From contig JAFWGF010000041.1 in the NCBI GenBank assembly GCA_017512495.1, forward strand, positions 5,773-69,772: DNA of 64,000 nucleotides, given 5' to 3'. The translations under genes and the position numbers were made by a program. This stretch comes from Bacilli bacterium. Lineage in GTDB: Bacteria > Bacillota_I > Bacilli_A > RF39 > UBA660. A model generated the notes under the pieces. The model was not told the origin of the DNA and ran no database searches. It saw only the letters and a program-made list of their open reading frames with translations. Shown here piece after piece: positions 7,816 to 18,284 of this stretch (positions are counted from its first letter, which is position 1; every line of letters starts with the position of its first letter).

Positions 7816-9348
7816 TTTTTCTTGAATTCTTAAGAAGATTGGTTTTGGATCATTAAGTTCATATTTATTATCTTCTACAAAATTTAATTCTTGATTATCA
7901 ATATTAATTTGTCTTAATATTTCCTCACTTGTCTCAGGTAAGAATGGTTCTAAAAGACTGGCACATACCCTTATTGATTCCAACAAGTGATATAAAACTG
8001 TTTCTAACTCATCTTTTTTGCTTTCATCCTTAGCTAAAACCCATGGAGTAGTTTCATCAATGTATTTATTACTTGCTCTTAGAACTTCAAATATTTCACT
8101 AATAGCATCACTTATTTGTAATTCATCCATCTTAGCAGTTACTTTTTCATCTAAGTTATTTATATTTTTAATAAACTTCTCAGAAAATTCATTACTTACT
8201 TTCTTATTAGCAACTTTTCCATCAAAATACTTTTTACCCATTGAAATAGTTCTTTGAACTAAGTTACCTAAAACATTAGCTAAGTCTCCATTAATTCTTT
8301 CTATCAATAAATCTCTAGTAAATATTCCATCATTAGCAAATGGGATTTCATGTAGAAAATAATATCTAACAGCATCTACACCAAATTCTTCTACTAAATC
8401 ATCAGCATAAACTACATTACCTATTGATTTAGACATTTTTCCATCTGCCATAATTAACCATGGATGTCCAAATACTTGTTTTGGTAATGGCACATCCAGA
8501 CTCATTAAGAAGCATGGCCAATAGATAGTATGGAATCTAATAATATCTTTACCTATTAAATGAAGATCACATGGCCATTTATACTTAAATTCTTCATTAC
8601 CACCATCAGTATCATAACCAATATTAGTAATATAGTTACTTAAAGCATCTAACCATACATAAACTACATGCTTATCATCGAAGTCTACTGGAATTCCCCA
8701 TTTAAATGAAGTTCTTGATACACATAAATCTTGTAAGCCTGGCTTAATGAAGTTATTCATCATTTCATTCTTACGCGATTCAGGTTGAATAAATTCTGGA
8801 TGTTTTTCAATATGTTCTTCTAATTGTTTTTGATATTTACTAAGTTTAAAGAAATATGCTTCTTCACTCTTTTTTTCTACTTCTCTACCACATTCAGGAC
8901 AAACTAATTTACCATCTTCATTTTCTACAACTTGACTATCAGTCCAAAATGCTTCATCAGGAGTACAATACCATCCTTCATATTTACCTAAATAGATATC
9001 TCCTTTGTCATACATATACTTAAAAATATGTTGAATTACTTTTTCGTGTGCTGGATCAGTAGTTCTAACAAAGCGATCATAGCTAGTATTCATAATATCC
9101 CAAATACGTTTAATTTCAGCAGCTACTTCATCCACAAATTCCTGTGGAGTTTTACCTGCTTCTTTTGCTTTTAATTCAATCTTTTCTCCATGTTCATCAG
9201 TACCAGTTTGAAAATAAACATCATAGCCTTTTAATCTTTTAAATCTAGCTATCGCATCAGCTAAAACAATCTCATAAGTATTACCAATATGAGGTTTTCC
9301 TGAAGTATATGCAATTGCAGTTGAAATGTAGTATTTTTCTTTTTCCAT
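7813..9348 (-). CDS. metG: Methionine--tRNA ligase
   Basis: YISTAIAYTSGKPHIGN (HIGH-type motif), KMSKS, and a CPECG zinc knuckle. I place the start at ATG 9348 (MEKEKYY) with GGAGGGA upstream. The 21-aa extension in the ORF track translates the T-box terminator region. Confidence 0.9.
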   Translation of the reverse strand: MEKEKYYISTAIAYTSGKPHIGNTYEIVLADAIARFKRLKGYDVYFQTGTDEHGEKIELKAKEAGKTPQEFVDEVAAEIKRIWDIMNTSYDRFVRTTDPAHEKVIQHIFKYMYDKGDIYLGKYEGWYCTPDEAFWTDSQVVENEDGKLVCPECGREVEKKSEEAYFFKLSKYQKQLEEHIEKHPEFIQPESRKNEMMNNFIKPGLQDLCVSRTSFKWGIPVDFDDKHVVYVWLDALSNYITNIGYDTDGGNEEFKYKWPCDLHLIGKDIIRFHTIYWPCFLMSLDVPLPKQVFGHPWLIMADGKMSKSIGNVVYADDLVEEFGVDAVRYYFLHEIPFANDGIFTRDLLIERINGDLANVLGNLVQRTISMGKKYFDGKVANKKVSNEFSEKFIKNINNLDEKVTAKMDELQISDAISEIFEVLRASNKYIDETTPWVLAKDESKKDELETVLYHLLESIRVCASLLEPFLPETSEEILRQINIDNQELNFVEDNKYELNDPKPIFLRIQEK

Positions 9349-9361
9349 TTTTATCCCTCCT

Positions 9362-9592
9362 AAAATAAAAAAAGTTATTATAAACATAAGGACGATTATT
9401 CGCGGTACCACCTTATTTTATAATAACTCGTATTATACACTCAAATAGTTAACGCCTATCTACGTCCATACCTACATATCGATATAGAAGTTCAGAAGCC
9501 ATACTTATGTACTAATTTAATACTCTTTTTCACCAACCGAGTTCTCTAAAATTAAATATTTTATACATAAGCTCTTCATCAACACATTTCAA
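9362..9592 (-). promoter_or_regulatory. T-box leader (Met specifier) upstream of metG
   Basis: The minus strand carries the conserved T-box core GGTGGTACCGCG (9412-9401). It also has a Stem-I-like GATGAAGAG...AGAGAACTCGGTTGGTGAAAAAGAG, an AGTATGG segment with AUG in the expected specifier position, and a long helix GTTATTATAAAATAAGG...CCTTATGTTTATAATAAC followed by a T-run just before the RBS. Confidence 0.8.
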
Positions 9593-9634
9593 ATATGCCC
9601 TATAGTATCATATTTTTTATTAATAAACAAGTTT

Positions 9635-10294
9635 TCAATCTAATTCATTAAGTAATCTCGAATTATTTAAAGTAAATAAATATCTTTCTGCTTGTTCCTT
9701 AGAATTATTTATTAAAGTTGTATCTTTAACAAGAATCTTAATATCAATATTCTCCATTAATTGGCTAAGATAGTTCTTTTTTAAATATTTAGTCATATCT
9801 TTAATTATCTTATCTTTTGTTTTTGGATCAATATTTTTAGCAAAAACTGAATCAATATGCTTTAATATTTCTTTTTCTATTGAAAGAGATACTTGCTCCT
9901 TAATAATTTTCTTAATGTCTTTATTTATTTGAATAAAATCTTTCTTATTAATTTTTATTATTTCGTTATCTTTCAATTTAGTAGAAGTTATCTTTTTGGA
10001 CAAATCAGTAATTCTAATTTTTTTAATCTTACTACTAATTTCTAAAACTCTACTACGATAATTATTAAGTATTTTACTTAATTCATCACTATTTAGAATT
10101 ATCTTATTCTTTTTTGACATTGATAAGAATTTACTTTGAATTAAATCCATTGAATCTAATGGTGGTTTTCTTATTAATGACATAATATCATCATCAACTA
10201 AAGAGTTTGTATTATTCTTAATCATCTCAATAATAGTATTTTTATAACTATCAATATGATGAGTTTTCATCTCCTCTTTTGTCTTATTTTTCAT
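9635..10294 (-). CDS. Hypothetical lysine-rich, probably helical protein
   Basis: Long ORF co-directional with mfd and metG. I prefer ATG 10294 (MKNKTKEE...) with AGGAG 8 nt upstream. I recognise no family. Confidence 0.45.
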   Translation of the reverse strand: MKNKTKEEMKTHHIDSYKNTIIEMIKNNTNSLVDDDIMSLIRKPPLDSMDLIQSKFLSMSKKNKIILNSDELSKILNNYRSRVLEISSKIKKIRITDLSKKITSTKLKDNEIIKINKKDFIQINKDIKKIIKEQVSLSIEKEILKHIDSVFAKNIDPKTKDKIIKDMTKYLKKNYLSQLMENIDIKILVKDTTLINNSKEQAERYLFTLNNSRLLNELD

Positions 10295-10331
10295 GTTATC
10301 AACTCCTAGCATATTAAATATACCAATTCAC

Positions 10332-13300
10332 TTAATTTTTATCAATATTATTTCCAAATTTGACATTAATTTTATTAAGTAATTCAACAAGGTAGAATAT
10401 CGGATGTTTTTCTAATTTTATAATATCAAGGATAATAATTAAATTAGTTCCTTTACTTTTAAATCTAAACATATTAGAAACTTCAAAAGCATCCATGAAT
10501 ACCTCTTCAGTATCTAATTTAGAAACAAATTCATCTGGAAATACTAATTCAATAGAATTCTTATTTTGATGAATATTACTGATTTTTAATTTCTTAGCTA
10601 GTTTTTCAAACCATTCTTCATACATATAAACTATTAAATCTTCATCTAATTTACCAAAACGATCTTCTAATTCTAATTTTATTTCGTTAAATTTGCTTTC
10701 ACTATCTATTGAATTAATCTTCTTATGAATCTCAATCTTCAATTCTTCATCAGATACATAATTATCATCAATATGAGTTGTTACTTCTATCAAAGGTTTG
10801 AAACTATCGGTTTCTTCTTCCTCTTCTTCGATTTTTCCTGTATTAATTTTTTCTACTTCTTCATTTAAAATTTTTAAATATAAATCAATTCCAACACTAT
10901 CAATGAATCCTGCTTGTTCACTACCTAAAATATCACCTGCTCCTCTAATAGATAAATCACGAGTTGCGATAGAGAATCCACTTCCTAATTCAGTAAATTC
11001 TTTAATTACATTTAATCTCTTAACAGCTGTTTCTGTAAGACTTTTAAATGGTTGATACATAAGATATGCATAAGCAAACTTATCGCTTCTACCTACTCTT
11101 CCTCTAATTTGATATAACTGGCTAAGACCAAATCTATCAGCATCCATAACAATTAAAGTATTAACATTAGGTATATCAATACCTGTTTCTATGATAGTTG
11201 TACAAATTAAAATATCATATTCATAATTTATAAAATTATAAATAGTATCTTCTAATTCTGTTTTATTCATTTGGCCGTGAGCAATACATATTCTAGCATC
11301 AGGTACTATATCATGAATTCTTGCGGCAAATTCTTTAATTGATTGAACACGATTATATAAGATAAATACTTGTCCATCTCTAGATAATTCTTTATATATT
11401 GCTTCTCTTAGAATTTGTTTATTCTCTTCTACTACATAAGTTTGAATAGGATAACGATTAATTGGAGGTGTTTCTATTAAGGATAAACTTCTTATTCCAA
11501 CCAAAGACATTTGAAGAGTTCTAGGAATAGGAGTAGCTGTAAGAGTTAAGACGTCTACATTAGTCTTATACTCCTTTATCTTTTCTTTATGAGCAACTCC
11601 AAACCTTTGTTCTTCATCTATTATTAATAATCCTAAATCTTTTAATTTAATATCATCACTTAATAGTCTATGAGTACCAATAACCATATCAATAGTACCT
11701 TCTTTTAAACCAGTAACAATTCTTTTTACTTCTTTAGGAGTAGTAAATCTATTTAATAAAGCTATATTAACTGGAAAATTTTGGAATCTAGTTAAAGCGT
11801 TATCATAATGTTGCTTAGAAAGAATTGTTGTTGGACATAAGAACAAAACTTGTTTAGAATCTAAAATTGATTTAAATGCCGCAACAAAAGCTACTTCTGT
11901 CTTACCAAATCCAACATCACCACATAATAATCTATCCATTGGAACAGGAGACTCCATATCTTCTTTTATTTGAGTAATTGCTCGCTTTTGATCAATTGTT
12001 AAATCATATTGGAAATCATTTTCAAAATCTATTGATAAATCACAATCAGGTGAAAAGGCAAAGCCTTTACGAGTCTCTCTTTCAGCATATAATTTTATTA
12101 ATCTTTCAGCTATATCAGTAACTTTAGTACGTATACGAGCCTTAGTTTTTTGCCATTCTGTACCACCTAACTTATTAATTTTAGGCTTTACTCCTTCTCT
12201 ACCAGAAAATTTAGTTAAATAATCTATCTTTTCTACTGGAATATAAATTTTATCAGTACCTTGATATAAAATTTCTAAATAATCTTTAGTTATATCATTC
12301 AAAGTAAGTGTTTTAATACCATTATAGATACCAATACCATGAATATTATGAACTACATAATCACCTACAGACAACTTGTTTAAATCATCAATTGTAGCAG
12401 AATATTTATACTTAGTAGTATATTTATTCTTTTTTTCTGTGTTTTTAAATAGTTCATTCGCAGTTAAAACAACAAAATCACCATATATAAAACCTTTTGA
12501 TAGCTCATTTTCAACAATATTTACTTGATTTAGTTTAATATCAGCAAAAGAACTATCTACTAATTTCATATTTAGATGTTTTCTAATACTTCTAATTTGA
12601 TATTTCTTCAAACATATTAAAACTGTTTTATTATCTTTTATTTGCTTATTGATAAATTCATTAATTCTTTCACTATTTTCATTAAAATTATTAATTGTTT
12701 TGACATTCAAATCATACATTTTAGATACATTGTCATTAGCACTTAAATTATTTAAAGAATAGTAATAAATTGGATATTCTACATCTAATTTATTAAATTC
12801 ATGCATATAATTACCTTTAAATTCAGTATCTTTTTCTTTTTTAAATTCAAGAGTTTCTTCAAGTATATTTAAATAACTAGTTTCTAATTGTTCATAATCT
12901 TTGAAGACTGTTATACAATTTTCAAGATAATTACTAATATTTAAAATTTTTTCATAATTTGGAAGGTACTTTTGTTTATTAAAATGTTCTTCTGATACAT
13001 TTTTAGTTGTTAAAAACTCTGAAAAAGGCTTAATTATTATCTCCTTTGTTTCAGAAATAGATTTTTGATTATCTGGATCAAAATATCTAATAGATTCTAT
13101 TTCATCATCAAAAAATTCAATTCTTATTGGATTATCTTCATCAATTGGAAAAATATCTACAATATAACCTCTACTCGCAAATTCTCCAGTCTTATTAACA
13201 ATAGTATCTCTAGTATATCCAATTGATACCAATTTACTTACTAATTCTTTTGGTTCAATTATATTACCTGCTTCTAATCTAATAATACTTTTCTGATAAT

Positions 13301-13658
13301 CTTCTTTTAGAGGTAAAAATCTTAAATATCCCATTAAATTAGTAATAACTATATTATTATCATTTTCTAAAACTTCATTTATTGTTTCTAACCTATTAAT
13401 CATTAAATCAGGTGAAATAGCTAGTGCTTCACTTGTTAAAAAGTCATCCATTGGGAATAAATATGTATTTGAATGATAATCTATTAAAGAATTATATAGT
13501 TTATTAGCTTCATAAATACTATTTACTACCATCAAAATATTCTTATTTGTTTCTCTGCTAATCTTGTTTAAAAACAAACAAAAAAATTCATCGGTAGTAT
13601 TATATATACCCATGTTTTTTTTGATTTCAATATTCATAAGTTGATCAAAAAAATTCAT
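10332..13658 (-). CDS. mfd: Transcription-repair coupling factor Mfd
   Basis: 1108 aa. Superfamily-2 helicase motifs (GDVGFGKTEVA, DEEQRFGV, TATPIPRT, QIRGRVGRS), a CarD-like segment (GDYVVHNIHGIGIY), and the expected position after pth. Confidence 0.95.
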   Translation of the reverse strand: MNFFDQLMNIEIKKNMGIYNTTDEFFCLFLNKISRETNKNILMVVNSIYEANKLYNSLIDYHSNTYLFPMDDFLTSEALAISPDLMINRLETINEVLENDNNIVITNLMGYLRFLPLKEDYQKSIIRLEAGNIIEPKELVSKLVSIGYTRDTIVNKTGEFASRGYIVDIFPIDEDNPIRIEFFDDEIESIRYFDPDNQKSISETKEIIIKPFSEFLTTKNVSEEHFNKQKYLPNYEKILNISNYLENCITVFKDYEQLETSYLNILEETLEFKKEKDTEFKGNYMHEFNKLDVEYPIYYYSLNNLSANDNVSKMYDLNVKTINNFNENSERINEFINKQIKDNKTVLICLKKYQIRSIRKHLNMKLVDSSFADIKLNQVNIVENELSKGFIYGDFVVLTANELFKNTEKKNKYTTKYKYSATIDDLNKLSVGDYVVHNIHGIGIYNGIKTLTLNDITKDYLEILYQGTDKIYIPVEKIDYLTKFSGREGVKPKINKLGGTEWQKTKARIRTKVTDIAERLIKLYAERETRKGFAFSPDCDLSIDFENDFQYDLTIDQKRAITQIKEDMESPVPMDRLLCGDVGFGKTEVAFVAAFKSILDSKQVLFLCPTTILSKQHYDNALTRFQNFPVNIALLNRFTTPKEVKRIVTGLKEGTIDMVIGTHRLLSDDIKLKDLGLLIIDEEQRFGVAHKEKIKEYKTNVDVLTLTATPIPRTLQMSLVGIRSLSLIETPPINRYPIQTYVVEENKQILREAIYKELSRDGQVFILYNRVQSIKEFAARIHDIVPDARICIAHGQMNKTELEDTIYNFINYEYDILICTTIIETGIDIPNVNTLIVMDADRFGLSQLYQIRGRVGRSDKFAYAYLMYQPFKSLTETAVKRLNVIKEFTELGSGFSIATRDLSIRGAGDILGSEQAGFIDSVGIDLYLKILNEEVEKINTGKIEEEEEETDSFKPLIEVTTHIDDNYVSDEELKIEIHKKINSIDSESKFNEIKLELEDRFGKLDEDLIVYMYEEWFEKLAKKLKISNIHQNKNSIELVFPDEFVSKLDTEEVFMDAFEVSNMFRFKSKGTNLIIILDIIKLEKHPIFYLVELLNKINVKFGNNIDKN

Positions 13659-13662
13659 ACTA

Positions 13663-14232
13663 TCACCTATTCTTATGATTGTATTTATTCATTAAATCAG
13701 TGAAATTCATATCAAAATAATCATCTATAACAGGACATAAGTCTTTATAAAGATTATCAATTATATTTTTATCTTCTTTAGATAATTTACCTAAAACATA
13801 ATCTTTAGTATCTTTGTCTTTATCATTTGAAATACCTATTTTTAAACGTTTATATTCAGTAGTACCAATCTTACTCTCAATATCTCTTAAACCGTTATGT
13901 CCTCCACATGAACCCTTACTCTTTAGTTTATAGTTACCTATTGATAAATCAAGGTCATCAGAAATAACTAATATATCATTAACATCAATATCATAATAAT
14001 CCATTACTTTTCTAACAGAATTACCTGATAAATTCATATAAGTTTGTGGCTTTAAAAGAATAACACTTTCTCCATCAATGTTAACTTTCATATATAATCC
14101 ATCAAATTTCTTAGTCCAGTCATTACCTAAATTCTTATAATCTACATAACAATCTAAGAAATTAAAACCTATATTATGACGAGTATTTTGATACTCTTTA
14201 CCTGGATTACCTAATCCTACTATTAATTTCAT
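13663..14232 (-). CDS. pth: Peptidyl-tRNA hydrolase
   Basis: MKLIVGLGNPGKEYQNTRHNIGF and GGHNGLRDI motifs; 189 aa. Confidence 0.95.
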   Translation of the reverse strand: MKLIVGLGNPGKEYQNTRHNIGFNFLDCYVDYKNLGNDWTKKFDGLYMKVNIDGESVILLKPQTYMNLSGNSVRKVMDYYDIDVNDILVISDDLDLSIGNYKLKSKGSCGGHNGLRDIESKIGTTEYKRLKIGISNDKDKDTKDYVLGKLSKEDKNIIDNLYKDLCPVIDDYFDMNFTDLMNKYNHKNR

Positions 14233-14236
14233 AACA

Positions 14237-15076
14237 TCACTTCCTATTATGATATTCGTTATATATAACTGATTTTGCTACATTTCTTTCTTTAGCAACT
14301 AATTTTATTGCTTCTTTTTCACTCATACCATCTTCAGTATATAGTTTAACATGTTCAACTACATCTAAATTATTATAATCTACTTTTTCTTTATTTCCTT
14401 CCACTACTATAACAAATTCACCTTTCATAGAAGAAATTAAAGGTATCACATTACTAATTTTATCTCTACATATTTCTTCATGCAATTTAGATATTTCTCT
14501 ACAAATAGCTATATTTCTATCACCTAAAATTTCTAGCATATTTTTAAGAGTTTTCTCTATTCTATGAACTGATTCATAAAATATTAGTGTATATTTCAAA
14601 TCTTTTAAACTCATTAATTCACTTTTTTGCTTACTATCCTTAGCATTTAAAAATCCATAGAATAAGAATGGATAAGGTTCTATCCCAGACATTGAAAGAG
14701 CTGGGACAAAAGCAGTAGCTCCTGGTAAACTAATAACATTATATCCTGCATCTATTACAGCTCGTGAAATAATGTATCCAGGATCACTAATAATAGGACT
14801 GCCTTGATCTGTTACCAATCCTACATTTTTTCCTTTTTCTAAATATCCTATTACTTTATCTATTATTTTATCTTCATTATATTCGTGACAACTAACGAGA
14901 TTTTGCTTAATATCATACTTTTTTAATAATAAACCTGTATCTCTTGTATCTTCACACAATAATACATCTACTTGCTTCAAAGTATTAAGTGCTCTTACGG
15001 TTATATCATCAAGATTACCTATTGGAGTTGGGATTAAATATAGGCTTTTACTATCATCATAACTATGTTGAATCAT
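14237..15076 (-). CDS. rsmI: 16S rRNA (cytidine1402-2'-O)-methyltransferase RsmI
   Basis: LYLIPTPIGNLDDITVRAL, CEDTR and DAGTP-like (DQGSPIISDPG) motifs of the tetrapyrrole-methylase-fold RsmI family. Confidence 0.9.
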   Translation of the reverse strand: MIQHSYDDSKSLYLIPTPIGNLDDITVRALNTLKQVDVLLCEDTRDTGLLLKKYDIKQNLVSCHEYNEDKIIDKVIGYLEKGKNVGLVTDQGSPIISDPGYIISRAVIDAGYNVISLPGATAFVPALSMSGIEPYPFLFYGFLNAKDSKQKSELMSLKDLKYTLIFYESVHRIEKTLKNMLEILGDRNIAICREISKLHEEICRDKISNVIPLISSMKGEFVIVVEGNKEKVDYNNLDVVEHVKLYTEDGMSEKEAIKLVAKERNVAKSVIYNEYHNRK

Positions 15077-15801
15077 CCTAAAACCTCCTTTTGTAATCTA
15101 CCATATTCTTCAGTTAATTTTCCATCTAATTCATATAAAATTAATGGTTTATCTACTTTTAAACCTACTTTTCCTAATTTTTGAGCTTCTATTAAAACTA
15201 AAGTTGATTCTTTATTAATATTTTCATAAACAAATTTTATTTTTTTAGGCTCTAGATTATTTTTTCTTAATACTTCTAAAATTTCCATCAGTCTATCACT
15301 TCTATGAACAAGACATAGATTACCATTATCTTTTAATACTTTTTTTGCACAATCACATACATCTTGAAGATTAATTGCTATTTCATGTCGAGCAATTTTC
15401 TTTTCATATGATTCATTTAAACTACTTCTTTCATTTATTTTAAAGTACGGTGGATTACACAAAACAAGATCAAATTTAGAAATATATTTCTTTGAAAAAT
15501 CTTTTATATCTTCATTAACTATTTCTATTTGATCATTTAATTTGTTATATTCTACTGATTTTCTAGCTAATTCAGCTAATTTGTTTTGAATTTCAATACC
15601 ATAAATTTTTGCTTTAGTTCTTCTAGATAAAATTAAGGGAATAACTGCATTACCAGTACAAAAATCAACTATTTGTTTATCTCTTAATCTAACATTAGCA
15701 TAATTAGCTAAAATGATACTATCTAAAGAAAAAGAAAAATAATCAGAGTTTTGATATATTTTTAAATTTTTATAGCCTAAAACATCATTTAATCTTTCCA
15801 T
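15073..15801 (-). CDS. SAM-dependent methyltransferase, tRNA1(Val) adenine37-N6 (YabB/TrmN6-like)
   Basis: NPPY motif (LCNPPYF), a DFCTGNAVIPL SAM-binding loop, and the Bacillus yabB position between yaaT and rsmI. Confidence 0.75.
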   Translation of the reverse strand: MERLNDVLGYKNLKIYQNSDYFSFSLDSIILANYANVRLRDKQIVDFCTGNAVIPLILSRRTKAKIYGIEIQNKLAELARKSVEYNKLNDQIEIVNEDIKDFSKKYISKFDLVLCNPPYFKINERSSLNESYEKKIARHEIAINLQDVCDCAKKVLKDNGNLCLVHRSDRLMEILEVLRKNNLEPKKIKFVYENINKESTLVLIEAQKLGKVGLKVDKPLILYELDGKLTEEYGRLQKEVLG

Positions 15802-16592
15802 TATTCTTTCGTATCCTTATCAAAAGTAACTATTCCCTTTTCTTTTAAATCAACAGAATAGGTCTTTTTAAATATATCAACAGATACTACTTTTCCCATT
15901 CCTAATGGAGTATCAGCAACTAAACCAATTTTTGGTAAATCTTTTTTCATTTCTGTATAAGTATCATTCTCATACCCTAAACAGCATAATAATCTTCCAC
16001 ATAATCCATTAATTTTAGATGGATTCAATGCCAACATCTGATTTTTAGCCATATTAATTGAAACACTATTAAAATCAGCTAAAAAAGCATTACAACATAG
16101 GAACAACCCACATGGACCTAAACCACCAACTCTTTTTGCTTTATCTCTTACACCAACTTGTCTTAATTCAATACGAGTTTTATATTTTGCAGCTAATTTT
16201 TTAGCTAATTCTCTAAAATCCACTCTATTTTCTGATAAAAACAAGAAAACTAACTGTGATTTATCCAAATTATAATAGCAATCAACAAAATTCATATCTA
16301 AATCCATACTTTTACTTGTTTTTTTTGCTTCTATTAAAGCTTTATCAGACTCAACGGTATTTTTCTTATATTTGTCATAATCCTTCTTATCTGCTTTTCT
16401 TAAAACTTTTGATAATGGCAAAACCAAATTCTTTTTTTTCTCTTTATATACTTCTTTACATACAGTACCTAATAACATACCATTATCAGTTTCAAAAACA
16501 ACATCATCACCATTTTTTACTTCTATTGTATTTGGTGATAAATAATAAATACCATTTGTTTGTAAAGATCTTACTACAACCACTTCTATCAT
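15801..16592 (-). CDS. ricT: PSP1-domain protein RicT/YaaT
   Basis: Cys-rich PSP1 core GLGPCGLFLCCNAFLADF...CGRLLCCLGYE. I prefer the start at ATG 16592 (MIEVVVV) with GGAGG 8 nt upstream. The ORF-track start at 16607 is a TTG. Confidence 0.85.
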   Translation of the reverse strand: MIEVVVVRSLQTNGIYYLSPNTIEVKNGDDVVFETDNGMLLGTVCKEVYKEKKKNLVLPLSKVLRKADKKDYDKYKKNTVESDKALIEAKKTSKSMDLDMNFVDCYYNLDKSQLVFLFLSENRVDFRELAKKLAAKYKTRIELRQVGVRDKAKRVGGLGPCGLFLCCNAFLADFNSVSINMAKNQMLALNPSKINGLCGRLLCCLGYENDTYTEMKKDLPKIGLVADTPLGMGKVVSVDIFKKTYSVDLKEKGIVTFDKDTKE

Positions 16593-16596
16593 GATT

Positions 16597-17445
16597 TTAA
16601 CCTCCAATTATTAATTTCGAGAATAAAGAATCTATCCACATTTTATAATTAATATTATACTCTAATTTTGGTAATTCTCCTTCTATTGTTGATAAATAAT
16701 CAAGTAATTTTTTTTCTTCTATCTGATCTAAAATATCACTTATTTTATCATTAAATTCTTCACCAAAATATTGATTATTTAAGTACTGAATAATCGTACT
16801 TTCTACTTGAGTTAATTTAGATTTAGCAATATTTTTATCAGTAATATAGTTATTAATAAAATAATTATATTTTTTAAAAAACTCTTTAGGATTTACTACA
16901 AATTTCAAAAATTCTAAAAATTGTTCTTCTTCTTCATCCATCAAATCTGCTTCTTTTAATGATAAAACCTGACATCTAGATAAAACCGTTTCCAATACAT
17001 TATAGCGATTATCAGTCAATAGTAATGCTACTATATTATCTTCAGGTTCTTCTAAAAACTTCAAAATTGTATTACCAGAAGCTTGATTCATTTTTTCTGC
17101 ATTTTTAATTATATAAATACGCTTATTATTCAATAAAGATGTATTACTATATTCTTTTTGTAATTCTAACAATTGCTTTTTTCTAATATTATTGCCATCT
17201 GGTTCTATTAATTTTATATCAGGATACATATTATTATCAATAAATTTTATTATTCCATCGTTAATTCGATCTAGATCATCATGTTTTTTATTAAAAATAA
17301 TCATTTTAACAAAATCATATATATCTATCATATCTGAATCATAATCATCAATTTCTATAATGTATGCATGAGAAATCTTGTTATTTTCTACAATATGATC
17401 AACATAATCAAAAAACTTTTTCTTAACAATAGATAGATTTCTCAT
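16597..17445 (-). CDS. holB: DNA polymerase III subunit delta'
   Basis: ISHAYII, NTILKFLEEPEDNIVALLLT and LSRCQ motifs, in the Bacillus holB position upstream of yaaT. Confidence 0.8.
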   Translation of the reverse strand: MRNLSIVKKKFFDYVDHIVENNKISHAYIIEIDDYDSDMIDIYDFVKMIIFNKKHDDLDRINDGIIKFIDNNMYPDIKLIEPDGNNIRKKQLLELQKEYSNTSLLNNKRIYIIKNAEKMNQASGNTILKFLEEPEDNIVALLLTDNRYNVLETVLSRCQVLSLKEADLMDEEEEQFLEFLKFVVNPKEFFKKYNYFINNYITDKNIAKSKLTQVESTIIQYLNNQYFGEEFNDKISDILDQIEEKKLLDYLSTIEGELPKLEYNINYKMWIDSLFSKLIIGG

Positions 17446-17455
17446 ATATCAAACC

Positions 17456-17638
17456 TCACAAAAAATAATAAAAAATAATTAATCCAACTAAACCAAATAT
17501 ATCAAAAATAGATACTATTAGTATATTAATTATATTAATTGGAATAATAGGAAATTTATTAAACAGAAAATAATTATAAGTATAAAGAGCAAATGCTACT
17601 AATATACTTCTTTTTATAAAATCAACAAGTATTTTCAT
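17456..17638 (-). CDS. bofA: BofA-like small membrane protein (pro-sigma-K processing inhibitor family), short form
   Basis: 60 aa with two hydrophobic segments. FPIIPINIINILIVSIFDIFGLVGLIIFYYF resembles the BofA C-terminal region (HIPINLVTA..SGILGIPG...). It sits after recR, as in Bacillus recR-yaaL-bofA. Confidence 0.5.
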   Translation of the reverse strand: MKILVDFIKRSILVAFALYTYNYFLFNKFPIIPINIINILIVSIFDIFGLVGLIIFYYFL

Positions 17639-17676
17639 ATAATCACCTATATAAAAATATGTTGCTTTAAAAAGAA

Positions 17677-18276
17677 CTATTCTATTACTTTACGATCACT
17701 AAGTGCTCTTTCTAATGTTAAACTATCAACATATTCCATATCTGCACCAATTGGTACACCACTAGCTAATTTAGTTACCTTAATATCTAAACCTTCTAAT
17801 ATTTTCTTTATATATAAAGATGTTGTTTCACCCTCAATACTTGGTTTAAATGCAAAAATTATTTCTTCAAATTTATCATTCTTAATTCGATCAAGGAGCT
17901 TATCTAATCCTATATCTTCTGGATTAATACCATCTAATGGTGAAATTAAACCATCTAAAACATGATATTTACCATGAAACATATCTAATTTTTCAAATAG
18001 AAACACACTTTTAGGATCTTCTACTACACATAAAACTTTTGATTCTTTTCTTGAAATATCATTACATATAAAACACAAATCCATATCTGTCATCATATTA
18101 CAATTTTTACATCGGTGAATCTTTTCTTTAGCATCCTGCATACTAGCTGAAAATACAGAGATTTGTTCATCTTCTAATTCCAACACAGAAAAAGCCAATC
18201 TTTCAGCAGTTTTTGAACCTATTCCAGGCAAACATTTAAATGAATCAATTAAATTTTGTAAACTTTCCGGATACAT
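17677..18276 (-). CDS. recR: Recombination protein RecR
   Basis: LPGIGSKTAERLAF helix-hairpin-helix, a C4 zinc finger (CKNC...CFIC), and a Toprim domain. Confidence 0.95.
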   Translation of the reverse strand: MYPESLQNLIDSFKCLPGIGSKTAERLAFSVLELEDEQISVFSASMQDAKEKIHRCKNCNMMTDMDLCFICNDISRKESKVLCVVEDPKSVFLFEKLDMFHGKYHVLDGLISPLDGINPEDIGLDKLLDRIKNDKFEEIIFAFKPSIEGETTSLYIKKILEGLDIKVTKLASGVPIGADMEYVDSLTLERALSDRKVIE

Positions 18277-18284
18277 TTCACACC

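Noticed and set aside
9349-9411. N-terminal 21-aa extension of the metG ORF (MVPRIIVLMFIITFFILGGIK).
   Set aside because: It overlaps the T-box core and the terminator U-run. GGAGGGA plus the ATG at 9348 gives the conserved MetRS N-terminus.
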